Of a stretch of DNA of 64,000 nucleotides, positions 58,512 through 64,000 are shown piece by piece (within the stretch, counting starts at the first letter, position 1; every line of letters starts with the position of its first letter). The DNA comes from Ilumatobacteraceae bacterium (GTDB lineage: Bacteria; Actinomycetota; Acidimicrobiia; Acidimicrobiales; Ilumatobacteraceae). The position numbers and the translations under genes were made by a program. The notes under the pieces are model-generated. The model did not search any database, was not told the DNA's origin, and saw only the letters and a list, made by a program, of their open reading frames with translations. The stretch is from NCBI GenBank assembly GCA_963703525.1, contig CAVPET010000021.1, positions 8,446-72,445 of the forward strand. Direction: 5' to 3'.

Positions 58512-59963
58512 ATGTCGAAGAGCTTGTCAATGAAGGCCATGGGAGTGGTGTGTGCCCTTGCCCTGGTGGCCGGGGCGTGTGGCAGTGACGACGATGCAAG
58601 CGACACCGGCTCGTCGTCGGCGAGTGTCGCCGACACCGCCGTCGTCGCCGACACCACCGCCGACACCGCCACCACCGACACCACCGACACCACCGACGAC
58701 ACCGCCGACACCACCGACACCACCGCCGACAGCGTTGCCGACAGTTCGGTGGACGCCGCGGGTCTTCTGTGGGACAACGGGGAATGTGATTCCTCGTTGC
58801 AGGAATATGGGCTCGGCATCACGGCGCCGTTCGAGACCCCGGTGCTCTCTTTGATCGATCAGGTGACAGCACTCGAAGTGTCAGCGGAGGCCTTCAACGC
58901 GAGAGGAGGCATCGCCGGTCACTGCATCAGGATCACAACGTGTGATGAGCAGGGCGACCCCAACGTCTCGCTCGACTGTGCCCGTCAGTTCGTCGCCGAC
59001 GAGAGCATTGTTGCGACGATCAACGACACCACGGCGTTCAACCCGCAGGGCTGGCTCGATCTGACGGTTCCGGCCGACCTGGCCCGATTTGCGCTCAGCC
59101 CGGGGACGGAGTCGATGGCGGAAGCGGCGACGAACTCCTACCCGTTCACCGCCGGCGGCGCCGGGACCACGTTCGTCATGGCTCCGGCGTGCACGAGCCG
59201 TGAGTTCACCAAGGTCGGCATGATCAATGTCGATACGCCGAGTATCGATCTGCTCATCCCGGTGCTCGAGAACGTCCTCAAGTCGCATGGCGCCGAGTTC
59301 GTCGGCAACGTTCCCGTTCCGGCCGGCACGACGGACTTTCAGCAGTTCGTGATCACGATGGAAGATCTGGGCGCAGAGTGCGTCATGCTGCCGCTCGGCG
59401 AGAACGAAGTGCTGCAGGTGCTCGGCGCCGCCGATCAGCTCGACACCGGCCTCTGGTTCTCGACCAGCTCGGGTAGCACCGGCCTCGCAGGCGTTCGGGA
59501 GTTGACCAATATCAACGATCAGATTCTGCTCAACGGCGCCCTGCCCGCAGCAACCGGCTCCCAGGAGCGCTGGCCGGCGCTCGCCGTGCTGCTCGACGAT
59601 CTGAGCGCGTCCGGCGAACCGCAGCTGCAGCCCGACACGCTGAAGGAGAGCCCGATGCGCTCCTGGGTCGGGCTCTACGCCTTCATCCGGGCGATCGAGG
59701 ACTTCGGTACTCCCGACGACGTCTCTCGCGCCGCGGTCAACACGGCCATTCGTGCGGCACAGGACATCGACATGCTGGGCCTCACCCCAAAATGGACGCC
59801 GAACTCCTCGGTGATGGGAAGCGGGCCGTTCGGCCGTGTCTCGAACCCGTGGCACTTCCTGTGGACGTACGACCCGGCGATCGACAACTTCGTCGTCGAC
59901 GACGACATGGTCGACATGATCTCCGAGGTCACGGGAGTCATCGACTACCCACAACCGGAGTAG
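58512..59963 (+). CDS. ABC transporter substrate-binding lipoprotein (Liv/branched-chain amino-acid type fold) with an Asp/Thr-rich linker
   Basis: ATG 58512 in the frame of ORF 58407..59963. Lipobox 'LVAGAC'. Low-complexity (D/T/A)n tract. Periplasmic-binding-protein-like remainder. Followed by Liv-type permease/ATPase genes. Confidence 0.75.
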   Translation: MSKSLSMKAMGVVCALALVAGACGSDDDASDTGSSSASVADTAVVADTTADTATTDTTDTTDDTADTTDTTADSVADSSVDAAGLLWDNGECDSSLQEYGLGITAPFETPVLSLIDQVTALEVSAEAFNARGGIAGHCIRITTCDEQGDPNVSLDCARQFVADESIVATINDTTAFNPQGWLDLTVPADLARFALSPGTESMAEAATNSYPFTAGGAGTTFVMAPACTSREFTKVGMINVDTPSIDLLIPVLENVLKSHGAEFVGNVPVPAGTTDFQQFVITMEDLGAECVMLPLGENEVLQVLGAADQLDTGLWFSTSSGSTGLAGVRELTNINDQILLNGALPAATGSQERWPALAVLLDDLSASGEPQLQPDTLKESPMRSWVGLYAFIRAIEDFGTPDDVSRAAVNTAIRAAQDIDMLGLTPKWTPNSSVMGSGPFGRVSNPWHFLWTYDPAIDNFVVDDDMVDMISEVTGVIDYPQPE

Positions 59964-60007
59964 CCCGACGGGAGTCTTGAACCCGACGGGAGTCTTGAAA
60001 ACGTTAC

Positions 60008-60035
60008 GCCGCCGGGCTCGCCCGAGCCCGGCGGC
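60008..60035 (+). other. Intercistronic GC hairpin (GCCGCCGGGCTCG cc CGAGCCCGGCGGC) between the binding-protein and permease genes
   Basis: 13-nt arms are exact reverse complements. Preceded by an 18-bp direct duplication (59964-59999). Confidence 0.6.
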
Positions 60036-60065
60036 CGCTACATCGCACGACGGTGAGGAGAACGT

Positions 60066-62819
60066 GTGACCACGTTGATTCAGTTCACGCTCATCGGGGT
60101 CGGTCTCGGGTCCGCGTACGCACTCTTCGCTCAGGGCGTGGTACTCATCTATCGCGGGTCGGGCATCGTCAACTTTGCCCAAGGCGCGCTGGGGATGGTT
60201 GCCGCCTACGTGTGCTTCCTGACCCTGCAGACAGATGCCGGGTGGCCGATCGTGCCGAGCATCGTCGGCGGTATCGCCGCCGCGGTTGCCGTCAGCCTCG
60301 CCTACCAAACTCTGGTGCTGCGAACGATGAGCCGGGCGGCGCCGATCGTTCGCCTGATCTCGACGCTCGGACTCCTGGTGACGTTGCAGGCCGCGGTCGA
60401 ACTCCGATTCGGTGGCGCGAACAAGCCGGTCGAACCGTTCCTCCCGGCCGACACCTTCAACTGGGGCGACATCCGCGTTCAGGAACAGGTGTTGTACATC
60501 GTTGCCATCTCATGGCTCGTGACGCTCATGCTGTGGGCGTTCACCCGTTTCACGCGCGTCGGGTTGGCCATCACTGCATCCGCCCAGAACGAACGCGCCG
60601 TGCGGACGCTCGGTTGGTCTCCGAACTCGCTCTCGGCGCTGACGTGGGGCATCGGGGGTGGCGTCGGAGCGCTTGCAGGCATCCTGGTGGCGCCGCTGAC
60701 GGGGCTTTCGACCATCTCGTTCACCAACGTGGTCACCATCACCGCGCTTGCTGCTGCCTTGCTCGGGGGCTTCCGTTCGTTTCCGCTGACACTGGTCGGT
60801 GGGTATGTCGTCGGCATCGGTGAAAGCTTGGTCGGCCGCTACAAACTCGACATCGAGGACTGGTTCTTCGGTGGCAACGAGGTGCGGGGCCTGCAGCGCG
60901 CTGTTCCGTTCATCGTCATCCTGATCGTGCTCGTGGTGCGCGGACGGGGCTTGCCGCTGCGAAGCCACATCAGCGACCGACTACCGAGACTCGGCACCGG
61001 CGTCACGCAGATCCGCGCCCTGACCCTCGGCGTGGCGATGTTCGCGGGGGCCCTGCTGTTCCTCTTCGACGACCGCTGGGCATCGGCCACCTACGTGTCG
61101 TTGTCCTCGGCTGTCATCGTGCTCTCGGTCATCGTGCTCACGGGTTTCGCGGGCCAACTCTCCCTCGGGCAGTACGCGCTGGCCGGTCTGGGCGCACTGT
61201 TCGCCGGCAATCTGGTGCTCCGTGCCGGATGGCCGATGGAACTGGCGATTCCGGTCGGCGTACTGCTCACGGTCCCGGCCGGTCTACTCTTCGCGCTTCC
61301 AGCGCTGCGCACACGTGGAGTCAACCTGGCAGTCGTCACCTTGGGTCTCGGGTTCGTGGTCCAGGAGGTGATCTTCCAGAACGGCGCCTGGATCGGGCAC
61401 CGCAGCGATGGTGGGACGAAGATCGGGCCGGCCGAGCTGTTCGGTGTCGACGTCAATGCCGTGTCGCATCCGAAACGTTGGGCATTCGTCTGCCTCGCGG
61501 CCCTCGTGCTCGTCGGCCTGATGGTTGCCAACCTGCGTCGATCGCCGACCGGACGACGACTCGTCGCCGTCCGGACGAATGAACGCGCGGCGGCTTCCCT
61601 CGGCATCAGTGTGGTCGGCGTCAAGCTCTATGCGTTCGGTGTCGCAGCGCTGATCGCGGGCATCGGCGGTGTGCTGCTCGGATTCCAGAACAGCACGATC
61701 ACCTACGGGAGCTTCAACATCTTCGGGTCGATCTTCGCGGTCGGTTTCGCGGTCATCGGTGGCGTCGGATTCGTCGTCGGGGCCATCTTGTCGGCCCCCA
61801 ACGCCCTCGGCGGTCTGGGGACGAGATTCATGGAGGAGGTGCTCGACATCGGCAGATGGGATGCACTCGTCGGTGGGATCATCCTTCTCGTGATCATCGT
61901 GTTCCAACAAGATGGATTGGCGGCAGCCGTCACCGACGTTGCCAGAGGTTTCAACCGCAAGCTCCGACTCATCGTCGAGCCACCGGCACGACAACCGCTC
62001 GACGACGCTGTGGCCGAGGTCGTCGCGCCGCAGACGCTGTCGATCTCCAATCTCACGGTTCGATTCGGAGGGGTGACGGCCGTCGATCAGGTGAGTTTTC
62101 GCGTCGAGCCAGGCGAGGTGGTCGGACTGATCGGCCCCAACGGGGCAGGCAAGACCACGATCATCGACGCGGTGACCGGTTTCGTCAAGGCGTCGGAGGG
62201 CGGTATCTCGCTGGCCGATGTGCGTGTCGAGTCATGGTCCGCGACGCGACGAGCGCGACACGGACTGCGCCGATCATTTCAATCCCTGGAGTTGTTCGAG
62301 GATGTGTCGATCGAGGACAACATCCAGGCCGGAGCGGACATCGCGAGTCGCCGCTCCTGGGTGACCGATCTGTTCTGGCCGCGCACTCGTGCGCTTCCGT
62401 CGGCCGCGGTCGTCGCGATCAAGGAGTTCGAACTCGAAGCGCACCTCGACAAGCTGCCCGGTGAGCTTCCCTACGGGCGGCGACGGCTTGTCGGGATCGC
62501 GAGGACGATTGCGTCGGGCCCTTCGGTCGTGCTGCTCGACGAACCTGCTGCCGGGCTCGATGAGTCGGAGGGACGGGAGTTGGCCACCTTGATACGACGG
62601 CTGGCTGACGAGAGGAATCTCGCGGTCCTGCTGGTGGAGCACGACGTGGGCCTGGTGCTGTCGACCTGTGACCGCATCGTGGTGCTCGAGTTCGGCAACG
62701 TCATCGCCAGCGGGACGCCCGAGGAGATTCGACACGACCCGGTCGTCAAAGAGGCGTACCTCGGCCATGCCGACGAGAGCCCGGTGGGTGTAGCCGAGCA
62801 CGAGGCGGCCACAGCGTGA
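60066..62819 (+). CDS. Fused LivH-like permease + LivM-like permease + LivG-like ATPase (917 aa)
   Basis: ORF 60066..62819 (GAGGAG upstream). N-terminal 'LIGVGLGSAYALFAQGVVLIYRGSGIVNFAQG' (LivH type). A second membrane domain. C-terminal 'GLIGPNGAGKTT', 'LPYGRRRLVGIAR', 'VLLDEP'. Confidence 0.8.
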   Translation: MTTLIQFTLIGVGLGSAYALFAQGVVLIYRGSGIVNFAQGALGMVAAYVCFLTLQTDAGWPIVPSIVGGIAAAVAVSLAYQTLVLRTMSRAAPIVRLISTLGLLVTLQAAVELRFGGANKPVEPFLPADTFNWGDIRVQEQVLYIVAISWLVTLMLWAFTRFTRVGLAITASAQNERAVRTLGWSPNSLSALTWGIGGGVGALAGILVAPLTGLSTISFTNVVTITALAAALLGGFRSFPLTLVGGYVVGIGESLVGRYKLDIEDWFFGGNEVRGLQRAVPFIVILIVLVVRGRGLPLRSHISDRLPRLGTGVTQIRALTLGVAMFAGALLFLFDDRWASATYVSLSSAVIVLSVIVLTGFAGQLSLGQYALAGLGALFAGNLVLRAGWPMELAIPVGVLLTVPAGLLFALPALRTRGVNLAVVTLGLGFVVQEVIFQNGAWIGHRSDGGTKIGPAELFGVDVNAVSHPKRWAFVCLAALVLVGLMVANLRRSPTGRRLVAVRTNERAAASLGISVVGVKLYAFGVAALIAGIGGVLLGFQNSTITYGSFNIFGSIFAVGFAVIGGVGFVVGAILSAPNALGGLGTRFMEEVLDIGRWDALVGGIILLVIIVFQQDGLAAAVTDVARGFNRKLRLIVEPPARQPLDDAVAEVVAPQTLSISNLTVRFGGVTAVDQVSFRVEPGEVVGLIGPNGAGKTTIIDAVTGFVKASEGGISLADVRVESWSATRRARHGLRRSFQSLELFEDVSIEDNIQAGADIASRRSWVTDLFWPRTRALPSAAVVAIKEFELEAHLDKLPGELPYGRRRLVGIARTIASGPSVVLLDEPAAGLDESEGRELATLIRRLADERNLAVLLVEHDVGLVLSTCDRIVVLEFGNVIASGTPEEIRHDPVVKEAYLGHADESPVGVAEHEAATA

Positions 62820-63529
62820 GCTCTTCGTTGATCGAGTGCCGTAATCTGTCGGCGGGGTATGGGCAGATGGCAGTTGTCCGCGGTGTCGACATCCACGTCG
62901 ATGCCGGTGAGGTGGTGGCTCTGATCGGCGCCAACGGCTCCGGGAAGACCACGACGTTGCTCACCCTCGCCGGCGAGCTGACCCCGCTGGGCGGCGAGGT
63001 GTGCTGGAAAGGTGCTGTGACGACGGCGCCGATGCACGTGCGATGCCGGAACGGCCTCGGCTACGTCACCGAGGAGCGGTCGGTGATCACCGATCTCACC
63101 GTCGCCGAGAACCTTCGTCTGGCGAACGTCAGCAACGAGATCGCGTTTGGGCTGTTCCCCCCTCTGGCCCGCCTGTCGGGCCGTGTCGCGGGACTGTGCT
63201 CCGGTGGCGAGCAGCAGATGCTGTCGCTCGCACGCGCCCTCGGACGGAATCCGGAGGTCCTGCTCGCCGATGAACTCTCCTTGGGTCTCGCTCCGCTCAT
63301 CGTGAGCGGGCTCCTCGAGTCGGTGAGAGCGGCGGCCGACGAACGGGGCGTGGGCGTGCTGATCGTGGAACAGCACGTCCGCCAAGCCCTCAAGGTTGCC
63401 GACCGTGTCTATCTGATGGAACGCGGTCGCATCGTTCTGTCCGGCGACGCCGACGAGGTCGCCGAGCACCTCGACGAGATCGAGGCCTCATACCTGTCCG
63501 GGGTCGAGCCCGGCGCCGCCGAGCGTTGA
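62816..63529 (+). CDS. LivF-like ABC transporter ATP-binding protein
   Basis: ORF 62816..63529. 'LIGANGSGKTT', 'CSGGEQQMLSLARAL', 'LLADELSLGLAP'. Confidence 0.85.
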   Translation: MSSSLIECRNLSAGYGQMAVVRGVDIHVDAGEVVALIGANGSGKTTTLLTLAGELTPLGGEVCWKGAVTTAPMHVRCRNGLGYVTEERSVITDLTVAENLRLANVSNEIAFGLFPPLARLSGRVAGLCSGGEQQMLSLARALGRNPEVLLADELSLGLAPLIVSGLLESVRAAADERGVGVLIVEQHVRQALKVADRVYLMERGRIVLSGDADEVAEHLDEIEASYLSGVEPGAAER

Positions 63530-63533
63530 CGCA

Positions 63534-64000
63534 ATGAACGACGCAACGAACGACGCTACGAACGACGCGGCGGAGAACTGTCCTGACATCTTGACGTTGA
63601 CCGATGTCGCCGAGGGCAGGTATCTGGTCTACCAACCCTCGGAATTCGCCGAGGGACGCGATGTCGTTTTCAGCGGGCAGTTGCTGGGTCAGATGATGAT
63701 GGCCTCCGAACGGGCTGCGAACACGCCGAAGGACATCCGCTCGATCCACACGGTGTTCGCTCGATCAGGCACGTACTCCCAACCGATCGAGCTCGAGGTG
63801 GAGTCGATGCAGGCGGGGCGGACGTGGGCGAGCGACACGGTCACCGCGACGCAGAACGGAAAGCTGCTGTCCCGCTCGATCGTGCTGGCGAATGTGGTCG
63901 ACAGCGACCTGATGCGCCACGGGCCGGGCATGCCCGACGTCGCCGAGCCGGGCGGCCTCGGGAGCACCACCGGTCAGGTCTTTCCGGGCGCCGAACTCCG
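63534..64000 (+). CDS. Acyl-CoA thioesterase II (TesB-like), 3' end outside the window
   Basis: Hand-translated from ATG 63534 with no stop before the window end. '...FSGQLLGQMMMAS...SIHTVFARSGTYSQPIELEVESMQAGRTWASDTVTATQNGKLLSRSIVL' fits the double hot-dog TesB pattern. The N-terminus has 12-bp repeats (NDAT)n. Confidence 0.65.
   Translation, partial: MNDATNDATNDAAENCPDILTLTDVAEGRYLVYQPSEFAEGRDVVFSGQLLGQMMMASERAANTPKDIRSIHTVFARSGTYSQPIELEVESMQAGRTWASDTVTATQNGKLLSRSIVLANVVDSDLMRHGPGMPDVAEPGGLGSTTGQVFPGAEL

Overview
High-GC (roughly two-thirds G+C) chromosomal segment with the gene order of Actinomycetota. It is densely coding. I found no rRNA, tRNA, CRISPR array, transposase, integrase or obvious defence genes.

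Layout:
- 1-3.7 kb: 3' part of a very large LPXTG (sortase)-anchored surface protein.
- 3.9-7.95 kb: infA-rpmJ-rpsM-rpsK-rpsD-rpoA-rplQ-truA.
- 7.9-11.4 kb: a PAS-GGDEF-EAL protein and a glycosyltransferase.
- 11.7-27.3 kb: the classical actinobacterial block rplM-rpsI-glmM-glmS(like)-acpS-nnr-alr-tsaE-tsaB-rimI-tsaD-dus-maf-groES-groEL.
- 27.5-40.3 kb: mixed housekeeping genes (Nudix, aromatic amino-acid decarboxylase, guaA, NlpC/P60 hydrolase, dienelactone hydrolase, fused acyl-CoA dehydrogenase, folP-like, His-phosphatase, gpgS-like, folB-folK fusion).
- 40.4-64 kb: an accessory-looking lipid/CoA-thioester catabolic island. It holds a four-gene di-iron oxygenase operon, two acyl-CoA ligases, a crotonase, two family-III CoA-transferases, two amidohydrolases, an SDR, ferredoxin+P450, an aldehyde dehydrogenase, thiolase-like+DUF35, a Liv-type ABC importer and a TesB-like thioesterase.

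Main points for a second look:
1. Nine reading-frame breaks, all +1 (one surplus base), sit only in rpoA, truA, dus and groEL. This is probably a sequence-quality problem, but it is strikingly non-random.
2. A 1120-aa GlmS-like protein occupies the glmS slot, with three large insertions or extensions.
3. A structured, palindromic ~41-nt repeat family occurs as tandem arrays at two intercistronic sites.
4. Short tandem repeats are unusually frequent at gene boundaries, mostly with 15-bp units. One is a 5-6x TTGACC-containing array upstream of dus.
5. A compact operon of unassigned family: di-iron (2x DEARH) oxygenase, SCP2-like protein, small Cys/His protein and a ferredoxin/Zn-ribbon fusion.
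6. An apparently domain-permuted family-III CoA-transferase.

All calls come from reading the translations and the DNA by eye. No database search was run.
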